This document shows positions 39,390-53,173 of a DNA stretch of 64,000 nt, in pieces. A program made the position numbers and the translations under genes. Within the stretch, counting starts at the first letter, position 1; the number at the start of each line of letters is the position of its first letter. The notes below the pieces were generated by a model. The model had not been told where the DNA came from and did not search any database. It saw only the letters and a list, made by a program, of their open reading frames with translations. Where the stretch lies: the NCBI RefSeq assembly GCF_021028975.2, contig NC_059430.1, positions 72,540,001 through 72,604,000 on the forward strand, in the 5' to 3' direction. This DNA comes from Sphaerodactylus townsendi. Taxonomy: Eukaryota.

Positions 39390-39677
39390 CAGCATGGTGT
39401 AATGGTTAAGTAGGATAGACTCAAATCTGGAGAACCGGGTTTGATTTCCCATTTCTCACATGAACAGCGGACTCTAATCTGGTGAACCAGGTTTGTTTCC
39501 CCACTCCTGCATATGAAGCCTTTTGCACATGTCCTTGGGCTAGTCACAGTTCTCAGAATTCTCTCAGCTCCAGCTACCTCACAAGGTGTCTGTTGTAAAG
39601 AGAGGAGTTTGTAAGTCACATTGAAACTTCTTATGGTTGAGAAAAGTGGGGCATAAATCCAAACTCTTATTATTATT
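39390..39677 (+). mobile_element. tRNA-derived SINE, near full length
   Basis: tggtgtaatggtt A-box and gggtttgatttccc B-box; tail ataaatccaaactctt(att)n. Confidence 0.85.
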
Positions 39678-39678
39678 A

Positions 39679-40697
39679 CTAGCGGGGCCCAGCCACACAT
39701 TGCTGTGGCTTATTGTGGTGAAATGGGAAAGGAACAGTAGCAGCAAATCAATTGCAGAGGCCAGCAGTACGTGCTCATGCAAACACGCAGCCTGATACTG
39801 TGCGATGTCATTGATGTGTGTGCCCGCATTCCTTGGGGGGGTGGGGAATGGAAAGGCACCCCTCCCACACATCTAGGCTGGCTGGTCATGATCCTTTACC
39901 TGGGAGTAAGTTTGGTTGGTGGCAATGGGTGTCGCTTCTGAGGAAACCCTCTGAGGGGCACGACGCAGCCATTCAAAGTATGTCACAGTTGCTGTACCGA
40001 GCTTACTCCTGAGTAATGCGTGCCCGGTTTTCTTAACTGTAACCGCAGTATTCAGGGAATCTAGGGTGCCTGGCCCCTCCTGCCCGTCCCTTGCATGTCG
40101 CCCCTCACTCTCTTCCCTCCCTCACTTCTCTTCCCTTGCATGCCACCCCTCCCCCTCCCTCCCTTCCCTTTTCCTCCGCCAGGATGGGTGGGTCATATCA
40201 AGATGCTGGGCCCCCTGCCTCCCCTCCCTTGCATGCCATCCCTCACTCTCTCCTCTCTCACTTCTCTTCCCTTACATGCCTCCCCCTCCGTCCCTTTTCT
40301 CTCCCTCCTCTCTTCCCTTGATTGCCACCCCTCCCTCCCTCTCCCTCCCTTCCCTCTCCCTCGTGTGTATGTGTGTGTATGTGTTTCACTTCCACTCAAG
40401 TTACTGCCTATGTACTGTTTTCACTGCTCATATCTGGCCATCTGAGCGAACATTCTAAGCTGCATGAACATTCTAAGGGTGACAGTTACACACAGGTAGC
40501 TGCATGTCCTTCACCAGGGAGCGCCAGGGAAAAGGCGTTTTACCTGGGCCAGGTGTGAAATTTCAGGTATGTGAACATCTAAAAACACTCTCGCCTGGCT
40601 GACTATAGTGGCTGGGAATTTTCAGAGGAATTGGCCCAGCAGTTATTGAGGTATACTGTCATCAACAAAAACACTGTTAGCTTTTTATATATATAGA
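39679..40697 (-). mobile_element. Non-autonomous Helitron, 1019 bp
   Basis: Minus strand begins 5'-TC(TA)n and ends with hairpin GCCACA-gcaatg-TGTGGC, 9 nt spacer, CTAG-3'; inserted between A and T without a TSD; internal CT-rich low-complexity tract 40066-40360. Confidence 0.88.
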
Positions 40698-40843
40698 TTT
40701 GGTAGAATATGCTTATGTGATTCTTGCATGAAATTCTCAGATATCTATTTTCACAGGATTCTATTGTTTGCTGATATTGTTTTCTACAACAAAACAGAAT
40801 ATGTATGAAAACTGCTTAACATATGCAGTTTATTCCCAAGCAC

Positions 40844-41446
40844 GGCCCCATTCTGCACAGGCCAAGAAACACAGATGTGTGTGTGTGTGTGGGGGGAGAC
40901 TTCCCACCACCAACATAATCCAGGACCCGCCCTCAAAACAAGTTTGCCCTGTGCCATTTCTCACAACCAGGGTTTTTTTTTTGAAAACTGCTAAATAAGC
41001 TATCCTTTTGGAAAATCCTGGGTTGGAGCCACTCCTGAGTGAACGGCCAGGCAGGAGGTGCTTTATTTCTCTCCATTCCACCACGTCCTCCACAGTGAGG
41101 GAGAAACTGCTGACCATTGCTTGGCTGTTGAAGGGAGGCCCTTTTTCCTTTTTTTAATGTGGCTTGCAGCTGCGTAGCTACGCAGGTGCAGCCATTCATA
41201 TTGTGGAACATCAGTATGGTGGTGGAGGTTCATTTCAGCCTGCCTGCGTAGCTGTGCATGTGTTGCAGGAAATTTTTTTTTAAAGAGAGAAGCGTCTCCA
41301 TGCAAAGATATGACAGCAGCCCAGACTGTTTCCGTGGGCTCCTCTTGCTGCCTGCATGGAATGCATATGAGTAGGAAAACAGGAAAATTGTTTTTTTTTT
41401 AAATCATGACTGCAACCCATTATACATTTGCTGTGCAGAAGGGGTC
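40844..41446. mobile_element. Older Harbinger-like TIR element
   Basis: ggccccattctgcacag / ctgtgcagaaggggtc termini; internal homology to 55326-56241. Confidence 0.65.
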
Positions 41447-41679
41447 ATTGTTACACCCTTCTAAACCCAAGGATTTAGAAGGGTGTAATTCCATTTAGGA
41501 TTGAATTGTTAATGTATTTCAACAGCAGATGCACTGTAAGAGTTATTAATGTGAGAGAGGTAATTATTTTAGAGCGTGTCTCAAGTATAACATAAGACAA
41601 TTAACTGTATTATTTTGTTGGCAACTAATAGTATTTATTTGATGATGACTGTCTTAACATTTTAATTTCTTCTGTTTGA

Positions 41680-41808
<129 letters not shown>

Positions 41809-42833
41809 TAGTTTAATCACGTTTATTGCATTGCTTTAAAAAGAACAGGTATCTATAGATTTTGTAGTGTTCAAAAGTGCTCTTCATCCCCAGAACAATA
41901 TGACCTGGCTGCAATGAATAGTTCTGGAATTTTGTGTCATGTACTAATGACACTCCCCACCCTCATTCAAAACACCCCTGGCAGCATTAGGATATGTTAA
42001 CATAAATTCAAATTAAATTCTGATTGATCTCTTTCTTCTGCTCCAATATGTAGAACCTTAAGATTCTAGCTTGTTTATTTTTTTGCTTAAAATATTTATA
42101 TCCCATTATTTCTGCTGCTGTACAAAGCTTATAAAACAGTTAAGAAAATCTGACAAAAGTATAGGCACTTGTCAGTTCCCAGTATTCTGTGCATATTCTT
42201 AATCAAACATCCAGAATCTGTAAATAGGCCCCTTACCTGTGATTGCAGTATTCACTTTTAAACTGTGTGTAAAGCTCAAGTCATACCTTGTTCTCTACGT
42301 GCCATTGTAATTTAGAATATCTAAGAATGTGTCTGTAATGGCCTTTTTCTAGTGATGTAATACTGCAGGTGCCTATCAATGTGACCTTGAAAGGTGGGCA
42401 ACAGAAGCAGCAGCCCCATGTATCACAGAATGGATTTCCCTAAGGCTAGGATTGATGCACTGGATAGCCTCCTAGGAAAGTTGTGCCCATGGGAATAATC
42501 CCATCTGTGCAGCTATCCTTGGAGGTGGGAACCATTCTGAAAACTGTGGTATTTACATTTTCCTGCACAGTCCTGCCTCTTCTAGACCCAATCCTGACTT
42601 GTTCATGGCTATTGTAATACTGTGCTTTGATCTCCGCAGCCAAAATAGAAAAGTTTCTGGTTTTGCACCCCATCCCATATAGCAAACACTTTGAAAATAT
42701 TGCTTGGTATTCATAATCATAAAATCAGTGTTAAAATGTGTTCTACTGTTTGTAGAGGAGTAACCTTAACAATCAATCTTCACTGGCTTTCATATTGTTT
42801 TCTGAGCACATCTTCAATGTTCAGTTGCTGTGA

Positions 42834-43010
<177 letters not shown>

Positions 43011-43213
43011 TGACAAAGCAGCTATTTCTTTTAAATATTAAGATTCTGCCATGCTTCTTGATTCTGGGTTCTGAGCAAAGAGGGTAAATGCCCTAGTATA
43101 TGATGGATTTCCCTATTGCCTGAAAATACCAATTATACAGACTGCAGGTAAAACCTATTGTTTAATTGTGCAGTCATGTACTGTAGGGCTGTTGGACTAT
43201 CAACCTAAACATA

Positions 43214-43724
43214 GGCCCCTTCCACACGGGCGGAATATGGCACCCTGGGGACAGCAAAAACGCCGTCCCCAGGGAGCCATTCGCACAGGGGGCGCAGCTG
43301 CTTCGCAGCTGTGCCGCCCTCTCTCCACCTGACTGGCACGAAGCCGCCGTTTTCTGACCTCACTTGGGAAGCGAGGTTTTCGGAAAACGGCGGCTTGTAG
43401 CCGCTGCCGTGCGAACGGCAGCGGCTCCAAGGCGCCCTTCCTCCCCCCATGTCCCGTCAACCTACCTGTCCTGCAGCCCTCTGGCGCGTCGCCGAAACCT
43501 GGGGACATGCCCCCTCTGCCCTGCGACTCCATAGCGGTCGTGCAGGACAGGGGGCGTGTCCCCTGGCCTCGGCGACGTGCCGGAGGGCTGCAGGACAGGA
43601 AAGTCACCCTGATGACGGTGCAGCTCTGCGCCATCGTCCCAGCCGGTTCTGGGACCGTTCATGCGAACAGTCCCAGAGGGGTTGGGTCGGCGTAGACACC
43701 TTCCGCCTCCGTGCGGAAACGGCC
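43214..43724. mobile_element. CpG-rich PIF/Harbinger-like element, 511 bp
   Basis: TIR ggccccttccacacgg / ccgtgcggaaacggcc; TSD ATA. Confidence 0.88.
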
Positions 43725-45435
43725 ATAGTTATTACTGTATATAATATTTGGATTTTTCCCCCATTCTTGAACGCAAAATATGAAATCTTCTTGCAGATTC
43801 AGGTTTGGGTATAATTCTTCTGGATGTAATTTGAGGGAATTACCTAGGTTTGGAAATATGCATATCTTTATAAAATCAAGGTAATCAATGTAATCTAGTA
43901 GACAAAAAAAAACCTTTTTAGACATTCAGATATGTTTTGGGAGCTTACCAGCTGTGCATAATAAGAGTATGTGCTACAATGTTATGTGAAACAGAAACAC
44001 ATATATTTAACATACAGTTTTGGTATGTGAAAATGGACCACTATTTTTTCACAGTGAATTTTCTCATATTACAAGTTATGCACACAGTACAAGTTATGCA
44101 CACAGTAAATATGCCTATTGGCCTTTTCTTACAACATGGCATTTGCTCCCATAATACATAGTTGGTATAGTATGTTTCCTATGTAGTGACCAGGTGGAAT
44201 GGCCATATCATGAAAGGGAAGAGCTGGTTGGTAGTTCATTTCATCTGGTGGAGATGGAGTCAGTGTCCCACTTTTCCCTGAGATGCAACCAGGTTGAACG
44301 TGTTGGATGGAAAGAATTCTGGGACAATAGGAGACAAATGGCAGTTAGCTTCCTCTGAGCCAGTGAATAGTGACATCTGAGGCAGCCAAATAGATTTAAA
44401 AAACGGAAAAGCCTCAAATGTAAACTTTTGCAAATGGCTGCTGTAGATCAAAAATTATTCAAAAATGGGGAAAAGAACTGTTTGTCACAAATTAACCATT
44501 TGTGAAGTTTGATTTCTCTGATTTCCTATAATTTTAATCTTCCTAGTTTATATGCAAGGGGATAATTTAGGTTTATCATTATATCCAAGAAAAAACAGCA
44601 CATGAATACATGGAAGTGTAAAAGCAATTATTTGATTTGTGGGTTAAATTGAAGATGTCTTTAAAGCTTAACCTCTTCCGAGTTTTGGCTCTTGTTGCTT
44701 GTGTATGGATTCAGGACACAGTGGTATAGAAAAAAGCAAAAACTACAACAGGAAGAATTTAAGATCTAGATATCTGTTTGTCTTCTTAACTTTCTGATTA
44801 GCTGTCTTTATTCATCCAGTCCTACCTGTACACTTCCTTTCTGTCAATAAGTCTAATGCACAGTTTCTCTTCTTGGTTTTTTCACTCTGGACCTTTTTAA
44901 TTTCAGTTCCAGCTAACCTTACAACCTCTTCTTCTCATTTTCTTCTCATGGCTGCAAAATATTTAATATTCTCAGCAACTGAACCATCAGTATTAGAGGC
45001 TGCATCCCACAATAGATAAGCAATACAGATTCTACCAGAATGAGGAATAAAACTAAATTTAGTACTGTAACACCACTGGTGTTTGTCTGCTGTGTGTGCT
45101 GACACCGTCCCCTGTCACTTACCTATCACATACACCTCCAAGTGAGAGTTCCCAGTTCTAGAACTTATACTCTCAAGAATGCACTGCAGTGTAAGGTACT
45201 TCCAGATGTAGCATTCTGCAGCTTAAATTAATGCTTAACTCCAATTGAAATAATGGGAATGGAAAGTGCTTTGTTTTTCACTGGATCCTTAGGTGCTTTG
45301 TTTTTCACTGGATCCTTAGGAATGGATGCCTTAGGAATTTTTGGTAGCGATAGCACAGTGTGAATTTATCCTTATAAATTGCGATGATGTTACAACAACA
45401 GGGTATTTGACAGGCTATTACTAAACTCTGAGGTC

Positions 45436-45907
45436 TGTAGTCGTGCACGCGGAGTCACCGTAAGAACGAGACGAGATGCGGAGATATCATCTGGTGGAGA
45501 GAGCCAGCAGCGGGAGTGCGGGGGTCCGTGATCCTGGCAACTCTCCCGCGTGCTAGTTCCTGGCACCCTTTATTAGGGATTCTCTGGGGGCGGGCAAAGG
45601 GGTGGATCGGCAGGAGGCCGGGAGAGCGGGAGACCGGGAGACCGGGAGGTCATCAAGTGATGCATGATCTCATCGGGCTGGTACGTGCGGGAGGAAGCGT
45701 CCGTGTCTGGGCCTAATCCACACCTGGGGGCAAGGCCCCCATTATCCCTTTGTCTGGGACACCTGGTGGCTGTGAGCCAGGCAGTTCATGACCTGTGACT
45801 AACCGGGGGTGGGGGATGGGGGAGCGGGTGCGACCAGAAGGCCGTAGTTGGGCCAGCATGCCAGCGCTCTGCCTACGGTGCTGCTGGGTCAGCGGCTCAT
45901 CCCTACA
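45436..45907 (-). mobile_element. Solo LTR, 472 bp, class II ERV-like
   Basis: TGTAG...CTACA inverted ends; perfect 6-bp TSD gaggtc; AATAAA on the minus strand (45569-45574); CpG-rich. Confidence 0.88.
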
Positions 45908-46067
45908 GAGGTCCTTTAATGCTGACTTGGGAGTATTTAGGATCGTAGTGCTATTTCCAACTAGGTAACTTTGTATTACTAATCTCCTGTCTTTTATGCT
46001 ATAATTAAATTATTGTTATTGGCAGTGTAACATTCATTGGTAGTGTAGAACTTAGTGATATTCCAAT

Positions 46068-47100
46068 ATTTTATTTTATTTTTTGTATTTTTATTCCACC
46101 CTATCCCAAAGGGCTCAGGATGGGTTACAAGTAAAAACAGTTAAAACACAACAAAACATCTAAATATAGCATTAACACATTTCTTATAAAACAACTACAA
46201 CATACTAAATAGTAAATTTTAAAAGATTTATAAAAAGAACAGATGGCGACTTGAATCTAACCGTCTCATCCCCAGTCATCCCCTTCTCCCGAGAGGAGCT
46301 GTTGGTACTGACTGGCTAGTTGGAAAAGACTTGGTGGAACAACCAGGTTTTACAATCCCTGTGGAACAAAAATACATCCCGCAGGGCTCTAACCTCAGCT
46401 GGTAATTTGTTCCACCAGGCTGGAGCCAGGGCCAAAAAATGCCCTGGATTGTGGCAAAGCCATCTGGATGTCTCTTGGCTTGGGGATCGACAAAAGGTTC
46501 CCTCCTGATGAGCAGAGGGGCCTTAGAGGGCAGCATGGGGAGAGGAGATCATGAAGATATGTAGGTCCGGAACCACGCAAGGTCTTAAAGGTCAATACTA
46601 AAACATTGTACATGACCCAGAACTCAACTGACAGCCAGTGCAGATGTTTAAGAATTGGTGTTACATGATCACAACTGGCTGCCCTAGTAAGTAGCCTTGC
46701 AGCTGCATTCTGGACAAGTTTCAATTTTCAGATCAAAGACAAAGGTAGGCAGGTGTAGAGTGAGTTACAGTAGTCTGTTCTTGAAGTGACTGTTGCATGG
46801 ATTACAGAGGCTAGATCACGGAGCCAGCTACCGTGCCTGGCTCAGGTGAAAAAAGGCAGTCTGGATTGTTCTAGTGACATGGGCTTCCAGCAAAAGGCTG
46901 GAATCCAAGATCATGCCCAGACTCTTTATTGATGTGGACAGATGTAACTCCGCACCATTTAGATTCGGCATCTGAAAATCCGCAGGTCTTTCCCCCCGAC
47001 CCACCCAAAGAACCTCTGTCTTCCTCTGGATTCAGCTTCAGTCTGCTCATTCTCAACCAACCTGCCATGGCTTCTAGACAGTGGGTGGCGACGGAGGAGA
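46068..47100 (-). mobile_element. 5'-truncated L2-like LINE
   Basis: CLEAMAGWLRMSRLKLNP, LVQNAAARLLT, HVTPILKHLHWL motifs; A-rich tail near 46068-46093. Confidence 0.9.
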
Positions 47101-47114
47101 TAAACACTAATTAA

Positions 47115-47264
<150 letters not shown>

Positions 47265-48475
47265 TGAGTATATACATTTGCTCTTGCAGCTAATTTTTAT
47301 TCCTGTGGGTTTATTTAGGACTACATTAATCAGTAAATCAAACCAACGTATTATTTTAAAAAATCATTTTAAAGGATCAAAGTAAACTGGATAAACCTTC
47401 TTAAAAACCAAAAGAATCTTTCCATAAGATCCTTCTTCTACTTAGTCCAAAAGTGTGGAAAAGGTGCATTCTCTTTTGCCTTTCATATACATATTCACTC
47501 ATGGATGGAGGCGCGCCACTTTTTTTCTTTACTTACCTCCTCTTCCCTGTGTAGCTCTGCAGAGATGAGGGGACACCCCCCCCCCCCCGGCGATGCCTCA
47601 GTTTGGAGGCCAGGATGCGTGTCACCTCGTCCCCACGGAGCCACGCAGGAAAGCGGAGGCTAGGTTTTTTAAAGTGGTGTGCTGAAAAATGGAACCTTTC
47701 ACTCGGTGCCATTTGCTCGGCACCAGGTGGATGTTGCTGTTTTTGAAAAGACTCACAAACAGCGGCTCAGGGAGAAAAGTGCAGCACTGCCTCATTCAGG
47801 AGGCGGCAACTGTGCTAACAGCACCCCCGGGACGACGTTTTGGCCATTCTGGGGGCGCTGTTTATGACCCATACAAAATCTGCCTAAGTGTGATTTGCTG
47901 ATTTATTGCTTGGGCAATATCTTTCTATAATTCTTAAAAGTCTGATTTGGCATTAAGTATCTCATCAGATCTCATCCCGTAAATACAAAGCCCAGGATGT
48001 TCTCTGGAGACACATTTTCCCTCCCCAATACACACCTGATGTACATTCACTAAATGATTAACCTTTTGCTGCCTTATTGTACTGGGGGAAAGGGTGCTTT
48101 AAAACTCAATCCACTTCAATTGCTTTATTACTCTTCTGGGATATTTCTTTCAGTCTGGTACAATATGCTAAGGAGCTTCACAGTTCCCCCAAGTGTTGCG
48201 GGTAATATTTGCCTCATCATGAAACATGATTTTACAGATGTGAGAGCTTCATTTTTCTTATCATTCCATCAGCTATATATTTTTGGATTTTAACTTTCTT
48301 TTACTTGCAGTTATAAATGTCAGTTGTAGAAAAACCAGAAGAGAGCTATTCTTGATTTCTCCCCTCCCCCCACTCATTCATCTTAATCAATTTTCCAAAA
48401 CTGCCACCAGGAAGCCTCTCTGGAAGAGGTGGAGCAGCATGGTCATGGCGCTGCAGGCACCTGCCTCACCACTTG

Positions 48476-48964
48476 CAGAGGCATAGCTGGGCCAAACTGC
48501 GCCCGGTGCACAGAGCGTTTTTTCAGCCCCCCTGCCCCCCCGCGGCTCCCCCCGCGACACCCCCCCACCCCACTTCCCACACTTACCTACATTCCTTTTC
48601 TTTTTGTAGTACTTTTTGAGGCTGAAAAACGCAGCCTATTTACAGTTCAAGGAGAAAGCTGCCTGACGAACTATACTTCCCAGGAGACCTTGTGAGCCCC
48701 AAGGTCTTCTGGGAACTGTAGTTCCTCAGGCAGTTTTTCCCCTGAACTGTAACTAGGTCGCTTTTTTCAGCCTCAAAAAGTACTACAAAAAGAAAAGGAA
48801 CGTAGGTAAGTGTGGGAAGGGGTTTGGGGGGGGTGTGCCGCGGGGGGGGGCGCCGCGGGGGGTCGCAGGGAAAGGGGGAGTGGCCAGAGGGAGATTTTGC
48901 GCTCCCAGGCGTGTGCCTGGTGCACGACGTACCCCTCCCCCATCCCCTTGGCCCTCCGCCACTG
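48476..48964. mobile_element. hAT-like element, 489 bp, with a long internal palindrome
   Basis: CAGAGGC..GCCACTG ends; TSD accacttg / atcacttg; arms about 48525-48692 and 48700-48880. Confidence 0.85.
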
Positions 48965-49395
48965 ATCACTTGCATATACAGCATTTAAAAGACTATCCTG
49001 TGACCTCTGAATTATGCACTAATGGAGCAGAAGTCAAGGTTAATTTCTGGCTTCTTTTTCTTTAACAATATGATTTGAAAGAATGTGACTGTCCCAAGGT
49101 CATCCAGTTTGCTGAAGTCCATGCTGCACAAGTCAAAAAGCCCTATGGAGCTGTCTTTATTGAGAGAAATGTATAGATACAAATAGAGGTACTGATCAAG
49201 AGTCATATGTCTACTTCAGTGATGCAAATACTTGAGGGTTACACTAGCTCCAAACACCTTTAAGGCTACCAATAATTATTCACCAATATATATTATCCTT
49301 GGAGTCAAGACCCTCAGTGGTAAGAAAAACTTTTACTGCAGGAACAAAACCGGTCCACTCTACGCTCCTGAGAAAATGTTGTTTTATGATAATAG

Positions 49396-49764
<369 letters not shown>

Positions 49765-50609
49765 TGATCCTTTGTAGTATATTATCTTACCAGTTTATCT
49801 CTGAAAATACACACTATTTTATTGCACTTTATTGAACAGTATTTGTAGAACCAGTTTTGATGTATTACGTTGCTGTTATGAGGAAAAGGATATGCCAGTT
49901 TTCTGAGGGAATTGCTGACTTCAGCTGCAGTTGTCCAAATGTTTGTTTGGATGGCATGTGAAAGATGAATTTATTTTTGCACAAGTGTTAGCAACTTGTA
50001 CATAAATGACGCTTCTAGGTCAATATTAGACCTTAATATAACATTATTAATTGCTAGATCTCATTCAACAAAATCTGAATACAGCTACAAGTAAGCATTT
50101 TTGAGTCATGCAGATTTCAACTAAAGCACATTATTTAATTTTGGATTGGGGTTGGGCCCCAATCTCAGACCTTGCTAACCAATGTGGCATCATGGAGCTG
50201 GATACTTTTAATACAATTTTTAGTCGTAAATTTTTGTATATGTGTACAATAGGGAATATTGGGTTTTATTAGTTTTTTCCTTTAAACTTAGATGAATAAA
50301 TATCAGAAAATTGATACACTGTTATTTTTCTTTCCTTCCTCAGTCCCTTTTCTTTCCATCTGTCCTCTGTCTTTGGATTAGCAAAATTTCTTGTATGTGT
50401 GCTCAATAACAGTGTTTCTGTAAATTGCTATACTGGGGACAGTATAAAATTTGGAACTTGTAAGTGAACATTTATTTTAAAAATGTTTAATGTGGTTTCA
50501 AATCGTGGAGTTTTGTAAGTTAGTTAAATTATTGAACACTTATTTTATTATAGTCAGTACTGATCTTTTATTTTGCTGAAATAAAATTGAGCAATGCCAA
50601 TAGTACCTA

Positions 50610-51238
50610 CAGCCCAATTCAGAGGTCTGGGTGAGCCAGGACAGCACTGTGGCCACTCCACCTTCTGCCTTCAGAGGGCTTTTCAGCAGTGCAGGGAGAC
50701 AAAAAATAAAAGTAAAACTACCAGACGCCAGAAAACCTCTGTCGGGATCCATGGACCTATGCCACCCACAGAGCACATAGTTGCAGCTGCAAACATCAGT
50801 TCTGCCCCTGGCCATACCTCCAGAACACCTCCATTACACCAGTGGGGACTGTGGCGGCACAGGAGTACTGAGGCAGCACTGTGCACTATGTCTGGCTGTC
50901 TTGGAGGGCTGCAGTGACTGCTTGTCAGTAGATTTACCCCTGCACTGAGGCAGTGGCATAGTGCTCACAGGGCGGGGGGGGCACAACACCCTGGGTGGAG
51001 CAGCAGCAGAGGCATGACCGGGCTGTGGAGGGGGCATGGTGGGGGTGTTCCAGGGTGTTCCAGGGGCAGGCAACATTGAGTGGGGGCAGGCAACATTGAG
51101 GCAGGGATGCAGGGCACATGTGCACTAGGCACAGTTTCCCCTCGCTCCACCTCTGCACTAAGGAAAGTGCCTCATGTCGGCTTGCGCCACCAACACAAAT
51201 CCCTTCAGCACCCCCCACCCTGGATTTCTGAATTGGCT
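50610..51238. mobile_element. GC-rich TIR-like element
   Basis: agcccaattcag / ctgaattggct termini; related to 15813-16270. Confidence 0.5.
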
Positions 51239-51846
51239 AAATATATTTGACACATCTGCAGTGCAATCCTGTGCAAAATTACTCCAGTCTGATTTTAATG
51301 ACTTCGACATGAGTAACTGTACATAGGACTGCACTGCAAGTCTACTAAAGTCACTAGAAAGTTTTGTTTCAGTGTGATTTACACCATAACAATACTACAA
51401 ACACATAAGAATAAAAGTATTTAAAAGATAGTAGAATACCTTCTGAAAAATGTAAGATGTAGTCCTAAACCAGAATATGGTATCGACAGCAAAGTAATTA
51501 TTGTTTTGATATAATATGGCATAAGGAAGAGAATGGAATGATGAATGTGAAATACTTTGTGGTTTGTCATAATCTCTTTGCAATGTTGCTATGTCAGTAT
51601 ACCAGATCACATTTATATGGTGTCCATCAAAATTTTGAAATATTTATTGCTGCAAACGTGTCTATGTATGATTAAGGTACTTTGCTGAAAAACATGGTAA
51701 GCATACCATAAAGGTGGTTGAGGTTTTTAATAATCACGTGTAAAGGAAAATTGGGAAAGACTGTGTTGGAAAGGGCTGATTCATATGTGCTTGCATAAGA
51801 TAGGCTACTTTGCCACCTCACTGTCATATAGGAAGCCTTCATCTGA

Positions 51847-52131
<285 letters not shown>

Positions 52132-52694
52132 TAATCTTGTTTGATTTTTTTCATTTTTAATTGGGCAGTTTGACAGTTTCCCATAATTAGACATACTGAA
52201 ATTGGCAACTCTCTTCTTCTGCAGACCTCCATAACGAGCCACTATCCAACAGATGAACCTTACAAAAATGAGAGAATAGTTAAAACAAAGCTGAAAGAGA
52301 AACAAAACAGGCAGATTCTCAGAGCATGCTCGAAAGCTATTTAAAACTAAACTAACTGAAGCCCAGATAAAATGTATCCCTCAGGTTAGGAAAGTCTAAA
52401 GTCTAAAAGAATGTCTGCATGGTTAATAGTGCAGGGGAAGGAAAGAATGAAGGAAGGAAGGAATAGTGCAGGAATAGTGCAGGTGAAGGAAGGAAGGAAT
52501 AGTGCAGGTGAAGGCCCAAAATGGCGAGGCCTGACACTGTGAAAACTGAAATGTTTCTTTTTAAAAGATGGTGTGCTTCACTGAAATGAACAGAAGAAAC
52601 CACAAGTTCTGGCAAAAGAAATGTAAATCAGTAATTAGGCATGCAAAAAGAGAGTTTGAAGAAGCAGGTTGCAAAAAGACAAAAACCTCATAGA

Positions 52695-53173
52695 GGCCGT
52701 TTCCGCACAGGCATTAAATGGCGGCCTGGAGACGGTAAAAACGCCGTCTCCAGGCCGCCATTCGACGGGGCGAGCTGCAACGCGAGCCGCTGCTGCTCCT
52801 CGCTACCACCCGCTGAAGCCGGGCGTTTCCAGAGCGCCTCCCAGCTTTGGGGAATTACAGTGAAGCCGCCAGTCGGTTTAATGGCAGCGGCTTCACAACG
52901 CCCTCCCCAATTCGGCACTTAATTTGTCCCTGCTTGAGTGCCGCCGAAGCCTAGATTTCTCTGCCCTGCGCCGCTGGAGCAGGCGCGCAGGGCCAGGGGG
53001 GCGTATCCCCAGGCCTCGGCGACGAGCCGGAGGCCCGACATGCTGCATACAGCCAGCGCCCGCGGGCGCTGGCTGCCCGTTAATTTTGCGGACCGCCCAT
53101 GACGGTCCCAGCGTTGTCGGGTCGGCGTCGGAAACGCCGACCCGGCCGTTTCCGCCTTCGTGCGGAAACGGCC
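52695..53173. mobile_element. CpG-rich PIF/Harbinger-like element, 479 bp
   Basis: TIR GGCCGTTTCCGCAC; TSD AGA. Confidence 0.9.

Noticed and set aside
40066-40458. Pro/Ser/Leu-rich ORFs
   Set aside because: Arise from the CT-rich low-complexity tract inside the Helitron
45266-45320. 27-nt tandem duplication and similar microduplications (11675, 13392, 52440) as CRISPR-like or functional arrays
   Set aside because: Two or three units with no unique spacers and no cas genes; ordinary slippage in a vertebrate intron
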